A DNA stretch of 37,239 nucleotides from a virus (lineage: Duplodnaviria; Caudoviricetes). Under the pieces are notes generated by a model. The model had not been told where the DNA came from. It saw only the letters and a list, made by a program, of their open reading frames with translations, and made no database searches. Made by a program: the position numbers and the translations under genes. Below, one piece after another: positions 7,998-16,494 of this stretch. Position 1 is the first letter of the stretch; every line of letters starts with the position of its first letter. The stretch covers positions 1 to 37,239 of the IMG/VR virus record IMGVR_UViG_3300017911_002528. One strand, 5' to 3'.

Positions 7998-9392
7998 TTA
8001 ACTTATTCTCTGGGTTTCGTGTTCAGTAGAGATGGTGTGTATCGTATAATCTTCTGTTGTTTCGGCGGATAAAATTAAAGTATAATTAGTTTTACTTACA
8101 CCAGATATTGTGTACGGGACAATCTCATTTTGTGCTTCAATGTTGATATTAACCATTGGTTTTAAATTGTGCTCTTCGGGAAATGAAATTGTATATGTAT
8201 CTGAACCAGCTGATATGTTTGTGGTGAAGCGTTGAAAACCTTTTTTATTGGTACTCAATTCGCCTGTTGAGGCGGCCATCGCAGTGGTATGAATAACAAA
8301 ATCATTGTCATTTATATCTTCTCCAAATTTTATTTTAAAATCATTTGTTGTTACATCTGATAGAATATATGGAACAATAAAACCTGTGTGTTGTAGTTGT
8401 GTGGATAATATCGGTTGAGTGTGAAATGTTTTTGGTAAATCGATTGTATATTCTTGCGCGCCTGTTCTTAATTGTGTTTTAAATACCATCGATTCATCAT
8501 CACCACCAAAAAACGGACGATATGTATCACCATTCAATGCATTTATATTTTGCACATAACCTGTTCCATCAACATGCAACATTCCAGAAGGTATTGAGCT
8601 AGAAAGATTTACAACATTATCATTGTTGATATATATTTTGTCTTTAATTTGTATATTTTCATCTGCAATATCAATAACATTAGATGCTCCACTGCTAAAA
8701 TTGATGTGATCGTTGGTGAATGTTATTTGTTGATTGTTTTGCGAAAAGATATTTTCGTGAACATATAAATTATCTGCGGCGATTTGTCCGCTTGCGTTGA
8801 GATCTCCAGATGCATCAAAATTTTCTGAAAAACTAGAGCTTCCTGTGGTGGAAGTTGATTGAATAATTTGTGCGCCACTGGCAACTGTAAAATTTAACGA
8901 AGAGAAATCTCCTGTTGCTTCGAATGTTCCAGGAAATGATAATGAATTATTTATTTTTAATTTTCCTTCAAATGTTGCACTTTCAAAAATTGTAAGATCA
9001 CAACCTTCGGGAATATTGTTGCCTGTTCCTGCGACCGCATATTCAAATAAACCAGTTGTTCCAACGAATGTTTTTCCGCTGATTGGTCCATCTGATGAAA
9101 GATCTTGTATTGCATGTATATTTGCGCGTTTTGTGATATGACATTTGTCTTTGAATATTTTGTGACCACTTATTGTTTGTGCACCATTCAAGTACATTGC
9201 GTCGGTTAATACCGAGCGTTGAAAATTTGGAATAGATATTTTATTGTTGCTTACTTTTGGATTGGCGGTCATCAAAAACCAATCACTTGAAGATCCTTCT
9301 GAGGCGCTTTCTGTGTAAATACTATTGAACGACACATCATTAAAATATAACGGTCCGCTTTCGTCTAGTTCTGATATTCTTCTATTCGGCAT
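7998..9392 (-). CDS. Fibre-like virion protein, paralogue of 6263-7996
   Basis: MPNRRISEL, GAQTISGHKIF, same tandem C-terminal domains; ATG 9392 aligns with the paralogue (TTG 9401 is an alternative). Confidence 0.7.
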   Translation of the reverse strand: MPNRRISELDESGPLYFNDVSFNSIYTESASEGSSSDWFLMTANPKVSNNKISIPNFQRSVLTDAMYLNGAQTISGHKIFKDKCHITKRANIHAIQDLSSDGPISGKTFVGTTGLFEYAVAGTGNNIPEGCDLTIFESATFEGKLKINNSLSFPGTFEATGDFSSLNFTVASGAQIIQSTSTTGSSSFSENFDASGDLNASGQIAADNLYVHENIFSQNNQQITFTNDHINFSSGASNVIDIADENIQIKDKIYINNDNVVNLSSSIPSGMLHVDGTGYVQNINALNGDTYRPFFGGDDESMVFKTQLRTGAQEYTIDLPKTFHTQPILSTQLQHTGFIVPYILSDVTTNDFKIKFGEDINDNDFVIHTTAMAASTGELSTNKKGFQRFTTNISAGSDTYTISFPEEHNLKPMVNINIEAQNEIVPYTISGVSKTNYTLILSAETTEDYTIHTISTEHETQRIS

Positions 9393-9405
9393 GACAGGCA
9401 ATGTT

Positions 9406-9437
9406 TATTACACTAAAATGGTAGAAATAGTGTAATA
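9406..9437. promoter_or_regulatory. Back-to-back pair of TAGTGTAATA motifs (candidate divergent late promoters)
   Basis: Perfect 10-bp inverted repeat TATTACACTA-12 nt-TAGTGTAATA between divergent structural genes. Confidence 0.65.
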
Positions 9438-9443
9438 TGATTC

Positions 9444-10928
9444 GTGGCACAAGGAACAATCACTCGTTTAACCTACGAAAGGCTTGGTATTTTACTAACC
9501 GATGCTCCTGCATACAAGGAAGGCGGCACAAAATATACTGATTTGATTCGTGTTCAAAGCATGGATTATGGGTTCTCGCATCAGGCAGTAGATATTAAAG
9601 CTGTTGGTAGCGATAAACTTGTTACTCGAAGTGGACAAAGTCCAATTGTTCGCGCGCCAGATGTTAATTGCAATATAGAATATTTATTTGCAGAAGGGCA
9701 AAATGAAATTGCCGCAGGCTTGCATGTTGGTAAAGATGGTAGTGTGCTGAAAAACTTTTTACAAAATTCCTCGACAGATGATATAAATATATTGACTGTT
9801 GCTTCTCACCAAGATGATCACAAAGATCTTGTGTTCTTGGGCAACGAATCTGATTTTGAAGATTATAATGTTATTGGTATTGGTAATGCATTTTTGATGA
9901 ATTATGGATATAATGCGTCGGTTGGGGCATTACCCACAAGCACATTAAGCTATGCAGGGAGCAACATGAAGTATGATGCTTATTCTGTTAGTAATCGACC
10001 CACTTTGCCTGCTGTTAAGCTTGGTGTGAATAACACTGAATCTAGTGAACAGCTAGTATTGCATCCAGATCAAATGAGGGATGTTAGTCATGATCGAGAT
10101 GGTCATGGCTATGTGTTTGACGAACACTTTGATCCAGAAGTTTCTACCACAAAACCTGGTGATATAAAATTAACAATCACCAAAAAAAGCGGCGGACGAG
10201 GAGGAGCATCTCTTGATTCTGTTGATGCCGCAGTACAAAATATTTCGATTGATTTACCTATTCCGCGACAAGATATTTATGGCATGGGTAGCAATTATGT
10301 GTTCAATAGAAAATTAAAATTACCTGTGATTGGCCAACTGTCTGTAGACATGGTTCTTCGTGGGTACGAACAAGATCAAGTCGATTCATTTTTAACAGAA
10401 ACAGACACATATGATATTATTGTTCAGCATCCAGTCAAGCAAAGAATTTTGGGAGATAAAGGTTCAACATATATTGCGGACAATTATTATTACGTTGCGG
10501 TAGAAAAAAATGATTGGCGGCGAATTGCAATGGTTGCATTTGATCGAGGTGCAAGTGGATTACCAAGGGATACAGATTTTAGTGATGACGGTAATTATTA
10601 TTATGTTTGTATAAGTGGTTCTACTTGGGGAAAGATACCTTTACTTCCAACCTCGGAAACTTTCTCGGGAAACATTTCATATAGCTATACATTTATATAT
10701 GTTAACAATGCTGGCTCATGGAAAAAATTCCCTGTCACAGAGTTAAACTTTGATCTTATCGATTTTGAGACATCATTTGATGTTGCGCAAAATATTATAT
10801 TCGAAATAAATCGAGCGCAATTAAAATCACAAAATTATACTCACTCAATTGGTTCAGATGTGATGGTTAGTAGTTCAATGACTTTTGATGTAACCAAAAC
10901 AGATGGATTGAGATTATATTTTCAATAA
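9444..10928 (+). CDS. Tail-tube-like structural protein, paralogue of 10986-12290, with insert
   Basis: Shares RVQS..Y.FS, GN.F..NY...A.VG..PT, PGDI.LT, Q..S.D.P..R..I..G and SIG blocks with 10986-12290. Confidence 0.65.
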   Translation: MAQGTITRLTYERLGILLTDAPAYKEGGTKYTDLIRVQSMDYGFSHQAVDIKAVGSDKLVTRSGQSPIVRAPDVNCNIEYLFAEGQNEIAAGLHVGKDGSVLKNFLQNSSTDDINILTVASHQDDHKDLVFLGNESDFEDYNVIGIGNAFLMNYGYNASVGALPTSTLSYAGSNMKYDAYSVSNRPTLPAVKLGVNNTESSEQLVLHPDQMRDVSHDRDGHGYVFDEHFDPEVSTTKPGDIKLTITKKSGGRGGASLDSVDAAVQNISIDLPIPRQDIYGMGSNYVFNRKLKLPVIGQLSVDMVLRGYEQDQVDSFLTETDTYDIIVQHPVKQRILGDKGSTYIADNYYYVAVEKNDWRRIAMVAFDRGASGLPRDTDFSDDGNYYYVCISGSTWGKIPLLPTSETFSGNISYSYTFIYVNNAGSWKKFPVTELNFDLIDFETSFDVAQNIIFEINRAQLKSQNYTHSIGSDVMVSSSMTFDVTKTDGLRLYFQ

Positions 10929-10967
10929 CAAAAAACCCCCGATTGAACTAATAACCGAGGGTTTCTT
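10928..10967 (-). terminator. Rho-independent terminator of 10986-12290
   Basis: Minus strand CCCTCGGTT-ATTAGTTC-AATCGGGGG stem (two G:U pairs) then TTTTTTGTT; lies between convergent genes. Confidence 0.75.
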
Positions 10968-10985
10968 GGAGAGTAATTTATAAAG

Positions 10986-12290
10986 TTACGCGAAATACTG
11001 GTGAATTCCAGTTGCGTTTCTTGAACCAGAAATAAAGATACCATTTGTTTGATCTTCTGGTCCACCAACTTGAGCGGTGAATGTAAGGTCAACACTCTTA
11101 TTGTCTCCAATCGAAGAACTAAATGATTCACCTTCAAGGCGGGCACCTTTAATAGTGTATTGAAGGGCGATTGGGCCATTTCCACTTTGGGTTGGCTCGC
11201 GCATTGTAAAAGTAAGGTCATGCTCTTCTTGATCAAAAAGCATGTCTGCAACGTTACCTTCTTTAAGATCCGAAAGAATCGCGCTAACACTAACAGAAAT
11301 ATTAACAGGAAAGTCTGTAACACGAGCGTATCCATATGGATTTCCAAGACGATTGATTACACTTCTGCTTACTGGAACATCAACGCTAAAGCTTTGAATG
11401 TGAGCTGTACCTGCATCGTAATCACTGGTTGGATCCGAATATGGAAGATTTTCAAATTCACCTGCGCGGCCATTTGTTCCAAGAGTTAAGGAAATGTCTC
11501 CGGGACGCAAGCAAGAAATTCCTTCATCACCAAATCCTTCGTCATTTCCTACCCAACCGTCATCAGTGCTGCCCCAAATATTATCTGCACCAATAGTTGC
11601 CTCTCCTTTTCCGCTAACAGCAGGTGGAAGTGAAAATTCTACTCCTTCGACTTCATAACCGTATGTTGTGTTTATCGCCGGAATGTTAAGATCTTGTGTG
11701 CCATTATAACTACGAAGATTCAATCCGTCAACTGTAACGCTTGCTGTTGGCATTCCACCAACTGCGGCTTCGATCGAGTAATTAGAAACAAATCCATTGC
11801 CGAGAGCGATAACACTCTTTTCAGAATCAACGCCAGTATTTCCTACTGCATCTGTTCCTTCTGGAGTTGTTAAAATGAAGAAATTTTTTCCAACTGGATT
11901 ATCTGAATTTGAGGTTTTTCCCAAAAGAATTTCATCGCCAAGCGCAGTTGATTGTCCGTCAACATTGAATCCCAGTAGGCGTTCGTTAATTCCGTTCGTT
12001 AAATAGTAGGAAAAATCTAATGTTACTGTAGGCGGTTCAATGCTTACGCTATCAATGCGGGCAAGTTGACCAAATTGATTGACGTCTTGACGATTGATTG
12101 AAAAACTGTAGTTTGCGCTTTGAACTCTGCGTAACTGCATGATGCCCGTACGAACTTCTCCGCCAGCTGCATCTGCTAGTGTCTGGGTGTTGTAACCAGT
12201 TCCGTTTACTGTAAAGTGATGTCCCGTGGCGTCTACTGTGCCAGCATACAACGCCTCGCTCTGATAAATTACTCGTGCTCTATTTGCCAT
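10986..12290 (-). CDS. Putative major tail tube protein
   Basis: Acidic beta-rich protein with an internal duplication (VQSANYSFSINRQDVNQFG / IQSFSVDVPVSRSVINRLG); follows head-completion genes; has its own terminator. Confidence 0.65.
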   Translation of the reverse strand: MANRARVIYQSEALYAGTVDATGHHFTVNGTGYNTQTLADAAGGEVRTGIMQLRRVQSANYSFSINRQDVNQFGQLARIDSVSIEPPTVTLDFSYYLTNGINERLLGFNVDGQSTALGDEILLGKTSNSDNPVGKNFFILTTPEGTDAVGNTGVDSEKSVIALGNGFVSNYSIEAAVGGMPTASVTVDGLNLRSYNGTQDLNIPAINTTYGYEVEGVEFSLPPAVSGKGEATIGADNIWGSTDDGWVGNDEGFGDEGISCLRPGDISLTLGTNGRAGEFENLPYSDPTSDYDAGTAHIQSFSVDVPVSRSVINRLGNPYGYARVTDFPVNISVSVSAILSDLKEGNVADMLFDQEEHDLTFTMREPTQSGNGPIALQYTIKGARLEGESFSSSIGDNKSVDLTFTAQVGGPEDQTNGIFISGSRNATGIHQYFA

Positions 12291-12355
12291 GATATATAAT
12301 AAGTGGAAGTTAAATTTCTGTTGTTAATTACATTTTTTATACGAAGAAGGGAAAT

Positions 12356-13204
12356 TTATGATCTTGGAAATCGTAAGTTTGTGATTTCAAAGTCGATAAA
12401 CCCAACGAAAAGAGATGGATCGATGTTTTTGCTAACGCGGTCGCTCAATTTGGAACAACGCACATCTTCAACGTGAAACAGGTCGCGACCTTTGCTGTGA
12501 ACAAGTGTCATATAATTGAATCCAGTTGTGTCTCCATATTCAGTTAATGGATAGTCGGAGTAGTCAACTTTTTGAAAAACTTCATTTTTTGAATCGGCGA
12601 AAACCGACATGGCTCCATCAAGTTGATAGGTATTTTCCGCGAAAACTACGCATCGAATGTTGGTGCTTGTTTTGTCCTCGCCGCCAAACGCAAATGGCTC
12701 GTTCTCAACCAATTCAGGGTTTACGAAAATTGCGGGAACAACTTGTTTGTGAGGCGCAATTCCTGAAAGTTCTTGCTTGAATCGCCCATTAGAATCGAAT
12801 TTACTTTCCACGATAAGCTGCTCTTCGGTTTGGTTGGTGATATACCAATTGAATTCTTTCACAGAATATGCACCACTAAGTCCATTGTTGCTGTCGCCAA
12901 AAGATGCATCAAGTATCACTCGTCCATCATCAAAATCAATGATCAATCCGTCATCGCCGCGCTCCATGAATGCGCCATTATTGTATATGCCACTTGGAAT
13001 TTGCACGCCATCAATGCTTTCATCAAATACCCATTGCTTGTGTGGACTACTGTAGGTCACAAATCCTGCGCCAAGTTGATCGTCTGTACCCATTGGATAA
13101 AGTGGAGATGTATAATTCTGAAAAGCTTCTGCTTTGTCGGTGATAAAATTATCTGCCCAAAGCATAAAGCTTGTTGTTAATTCGTGCTGGAACTGGGGTT
13201 TCAT
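12356..13204 (-). CDS. Virion structural protein, possible tail terminator/completion protein
   Basis: Position between neck genes and tube; VPAIFV...PFAFGGED...IRCVVFA; function inferred from synteny. Confidence 0.45.
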   Translation of the reverse strand: MKPQFQHELTTSFMLWADNFITDKAEAFQNYTSPLYPMGTDDQLGAGFVTYSSPHKQWVFDESIDGVQIPSGIYNNGAFMERGDDGLIIDFDDGRVILDASFGDSNNGLSGAYSVKEFNWYITNQTEEQLIVESKFDSNGRFKQELSGIAPHKQVVPAIFVNPELVENEPFAFGGEDKTSTNIRCVVFAENTYQLDGAMSVFADSKNEVFQKVDYSDYPLTEYGDTTGFNYMTLVHSKGRDLFHVEDVRCSKLSDRVSKNIDPSLFVGFIDFEITNLRFPRS

Positions 13205-13205
13205 G

Positions 13206-13829
13206 TTAGAAATATTTTGCTGATACTCGTGATGCTTGTATAGAATTTAAATTTTTTTCGAATTGTTGTAGTAATTCTTTTATGTATGGTATTTTTACAC
13301 GCGCTCCTTCTGGGCGATTGCGATTTTGAAAACCAGCGCCACTTCGACTAGAGTTGATGCGTTTGAACATGTATTGTCCTAGATTGGGAATGCCGCGACC
13401 TTCAAGCTCGCGCAACCAACTTGATCCAGTTGCCCATGGCAGTGGGGTTGCCGCATACAAATCTTGCATCGATGGAGATGTTACAAGATAAGTCCATACA
13501 AATCCAAATGTGCCCATTTTTCGGCGACGTATTATAATGTCTGTTTTTGCGAGCATTTTTTCGATTGCGCTCACAGGATCTGCGCCTCCATCAAATCCAA
13601 TAAATCCAAAAAGATTTCCTTCGGTCAATGAGCCGCTAACATTTGAACTGCCTGGACCTGCTCGCAATTCGCGGGTCACAGCATGATTTTCAAAGTCGCT
13701 CATCAATTTTTGTTTGGCGACACCAAATTGCTTTTCAATCAATTGTCTTACTTTTAATTGTAATTCTTTATCTTTGCTGAGTTGTCGAGCAATAGTTGTT
13801 TTGATTGATCTATTTAGTGGATTGGCCAT
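13206..13829 (-). CDS. Putative neck/tail-completion protein
   Basis: Basic 207-aa ORF between head-closure-like and terminator-like genes; synteny only. Confidence 0.4.
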   Translation of the reverse strand: MANPLNRSIKTTIARQLSKDKELQLKVRQLIEKQFGVAKQKLMSDFENHAVTRELRAGPGSSNVSGSLTEGNLFGFIGFDGGADPVSAIEKMLAKTDIIIRRRKMGTFGFVWTYLVTSPSMQDLYAATPLPWATGSSWLRELEGRGIPNLGQYMFKRINSSRSGAGFQNRNRPEGARVKIPYIKELLQQFEKNLNSIQASRVSAKYF

Positions 13830-14289
13830 TTGCTTCGATGGGTCTCAAAAATAGAGTTGTGAATTGTACTACATCAAACAATCCGTGTGGTCGCGGATCT
13901 GATTCAACATGAAACATTCTGCCATCAAGTTCAACGCGTTTTGCTTCTTTTATATAGTCGTAATCTTCGACTTTCAATTTGATGCGCACTGTGCTATTTG
14001 GATCGGGACGATTTACTTTCACTTGAGCATCTGTCTCACCAAAATATTCAAGACTGCGATCGGTATCATATCGAACACGCGCTTTGAACACCTTGCGAAC
14101 AGGAACATTTTGTACATTGGGTGTGCTTTTTCCTGCATTACCGTACAACTTGTTGAATCCTGGATCGGTACTGATCACAACTTTTTGTGCTTCTTTATAT
14201 ACAACAATCTCTCTTCCGAATGTGTCGTGAAGATCAAGTAAATTGGCCGCAATGCTAGCTCGTTCAGAAGGTGATAGAAATTCTGCCAT
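13810..14289 (-). CDS. Putative head-closure / head-tail joining protein
   Basis: Beta-rich 159 aa, TFGREIVVY...VELDGRMFHVESDP; preceded by TAGTGTAA. Confidence 0.45.
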   Translation of the reverse strand: MAEFLSPSERASIAANLLDLHDTFGREIVVYKEAQKVVISTDPGFNKLYGNAGKSTPNVQNVPVRKVFKARVRYDTDRSLEYFGETDAQVKVNRPDPNSTVRIKLKVEDYDYIKEAKRVELDGRMFHVESDPRPHGLFDVVQFTTLFLRPIEANGQSTK

Positions 14290-14297
14290 AAAATGTT

Positions 14298-14343
14298 TTA
14301 CACTAAAGAATTTTTTTTGTGTACTTCATTTCAAGGTATAAGG
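14298..14343. promoter_or_regulatory. Second divergent motif pair plus tandem AAGG leader
   Basis: TTACACTA (14298-14305), variant TTGTGTAC (14317-14324), AAGGTATAAGG (14333-14343) 4 nt before ATG 14348. Confidence 0.55.
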
Positions 14344-14347
14344 TTTA

Positions 14348-14635
14348 ATGAACGCAGAAGACATTTTTAAAAAATGTTGTCACAGGAATACGGTTTCCCT
14401 TTTTAAGGGTTTCCTCGTAATGCTTGAGGACTTACATAAAGAGCATGAGATTAATTTCAGAAAGTTAAGAAATAATCTTCCAGAGGGTTGTGTCCCTATT
14501 GTTGATCAAGCCGATTACTTTGATGAAGATAAATTACAACATCTTCGCAAAAGAACTTTGGATATTGGTAACGAAACAATTAGAAATATTCAAGGTGATT
14601 TAGATAATTATACTATAGGCTTTACATTTAAATAA
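14348..14635 (+). CDS. Hypothetical protein (95 aa)
   Basis: First gene of the plus-strand tail block, with an SD-like leader. Confidence 0.75.
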   Translation: MNAEDIFKKCCHRNTVSLFKGFLVMLEDLHKEHEINFRKLRNNLPEGCVPIVDQADYFDEDKLQHLRKRTLDIGNETIRNIQGDLDNYTIGFTFK

Positions 14636-14637
14636 TC

Positions 14638-15465
14638 ATGTCAGAATCAGCAACACAAGAAAAAACGCTTCCTACAATGGATGATACTCGAAAGAAATTA
14701 CGTGAAATTTATAGTTTTACGTTTGAAAAAGAGGAGAAAGTAAAACGCACCGAAACAAGTATGGTTAAAAATCCAGACACTGGTGAAGAAGAAGAGGTGT
14801 CTGTGACCAAAGAGGTGACCGACAAGGTTCCATATCGCATTGTAATGAAGCAACCCACGCGCCGCCAGATTGAAGAAGCCGAGCTGGAGTTTAGTGTTGA
14901 AATGAGTAATTGTATTAAAAAAGGTGTGCTCACAAAAGCAATGCTTGCAAAAAAATACAGCGACACAGGTGGACTGCTTGCCGAGGAAGATGCAAAAGCA
15001 TTAACCAAAATGTATGTTCGTTATGGTGAGTTATCGCAAGAAAGTGAAAAGCTTGGAATCAAATCATCCACTTTAAATGAAAAAGATACTCAACGCATGA
15101 ACGACATCGCGGGAGAAATTGCTACTCTTCGAAAAGATATTGTTAATGTTGAAACATCATATTCTAATTTATTCAATCACACTGCCGATGTTAGAGCAGA
15201 AAATAAAGTTATACAATGGTATATATTGAATCTTACATTTTTGCAAAAATCAGATGAAGAAGATATGACTCCTTTGTTTGAGGGCCGCGACTTTGAACAA
15301 AAATTACAAACCTACTATGAAATGGAAGAAGAAGGAGATGAATTGTATGACATTGTGGGCGGAAAGATTGCGGCGCTTTATAGTTTTTGGTATTACAGCA
15401 GTGGTGCAGTGGGTAAAGCTGATTTCGAAAAGCTTGACAACGACATCGAAGAAGGAAACATCTAA
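14638..15465 (+). CDS. Putative tail assembly chaperone
   Basis: Acidic, helical, IVMKQPTRRQIEEA; upstream of TMP; synteny-based. Confidence 0.45.
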   Translation: MSESATQEKTLPTMDDTRKKLREIYSFTFEKEEKVKRTETSMVKNPDTGEEEEVSVTKEVTDKVPYRIVMKQPTRRQIEEAELEFSVEMSNCIKKGVLTKAMLAKKYSDTGGLLAEEDAKALTKMYVRYGELSQESEKLGIKSSTLNEKDTQRMNDIAGEIATLRKDIVNVETSYSNLFNHTADVRAENKVIQWYILNLTFLQKSDEEDMTPLFEGRDFEQKLQTYYEMEEEGDELYDIVGGKIAALYSFWYYSSGAVGKADFEKLDNDIEEGNI

Positions 15466-15468
15466 TGC

Positions 15469-16455
15469 GTGGAATCGACGAAGCGCAGAAGAATCTTTAG
15501 AGACGTCGTTCGCGGCTATTCTACCACGCTTCTTGACGACAAGCTTGTATACATAAAGCATCTCACTCCACACGATCAAGTGGAGCTTGAGGAGATTGAA
15601 GAGCGTTATCACAACGAAGCATTGCGGCGCGGCGTGCCCACCGAAGCAGACATGCTTGCATTTCTAAAAGAAGAAGGTCAATGGCTTGACGAAGACGAAC
15701 GTGTGATCACCGAAAAAACTCTTTATCTTGAAAATTTAAAAAAGGCGCTCACCAAATTGGTGCTCAAAAAAGATGTGGATCGACAAAAAGCAATCATCGA
15801 CAAAGAACAAAAGCTGTTGCTCGAAAAACAAACACAAAAAATACAACTTGTTGGCAACACATGTGAAAAATACGCGAAAGATCGACTCAATGATTTTTAT
15901 ATGATCAAGAGTTTCTACAAAGATGCCGATATGAAAACAGAATTGTTTAGCGAAGAGGTGTTTGACGAGCTCGAAAATTACGACATCAAAAAAATAATCT
16001 TTTCATACAACGATATCTTTCAAAGTTTCAGCGAAGAAAATATACAATATACAATATTAGAAGATTTTTACAATCCATATCTCAGCTTTGCAGAAGATAG
16101 TCTACAATTTTATGGAAAACCATTTTGCGAATTGACATACAATCAAATAAGATTGATCGTATATACTAGAGTGTTTAAAAATATATTTGATACAAATGAA
16201 AATATACCTGAGAACATAAGAAAAGATCCCGCGAAATTGTTAGAATTTGGTAGCAGTTCAAAAGAAGAGCGCGACAAAGTGAAAGACAAACTTTCTCAAG
16301 GAGATGGTGGTACAATTGTTGGCGCAAAACGCGAAGATTATGAACAATTGGGAATCAAAAAACCAAAGGGTGGAGTTGATCTACATGAAGAAGCAAAGAA
16401 AAAAGGTGGAACATTAAATATGGAAGATTTGATGAAATTACATGGTGTGACATAA
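15469..16455 (+). CDS. Putative tail assembly chaperone / pre-tape-measure protein
   Basis: Charged helical 328 aa immediately before TMP; GTG start. Confidence 0.45.
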   Translation: MESTKRRRIFRDVVRGYSTTLLDDKLVYIKHLTPHDQVELEEIEERYHNEALRRGVPTEADMLAFLKEEGQWLDEDERVITEKTLYLENLKKALTKLVLKKDVDRQKAIIDKEQKLLLEKQTQKIQLVGNTCEKYAKDRLNDFYMIKSFYKDADMKTELFSEEVFDELENYDIKKIIFSYNDIFQSFSEENIQYTILEDFYNPYLSFAEDSLQFYGKPFCELTYNQIRLIVYTRVFKNIFDTNENIPENIRKDPAKLLEFGSSSKEERDKVKDKLSQGDGGTIVGAKREDYEQLGIKKPKGGVDLHEEAKKKGGTLNMEDLMKLHGVT

Positions 16456-16458
16456 TTT

Positions 16459-16490
16459 TAGTGTATATTTACCTTATCTAAGGAATAAGG
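16459..16490 (+). promoter_or_regulatory. TAGTGTAT motif and AAGGAATAAGG leader of TMP
   Basis: Same layout as 14317-14343 and 29936-29962. Confidence 0.55.
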
Positions 16491-16494
16491 AAAT

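Noticed and set aside
6389-10738. Diversity-generating retroelement TR/VR pair or invertible cassette
   Set aside because: Similarity is protein-level with diverged DNA, not adenine-specific; no reverse transcriptase or invertase in the window
9444-12290. Contractile tail sheath or major capsid protein
   Set aside because: No sheath or HK97-fold motifs recognised; the lambda-like M/L/K/I/J tip points to a non-contractile tail
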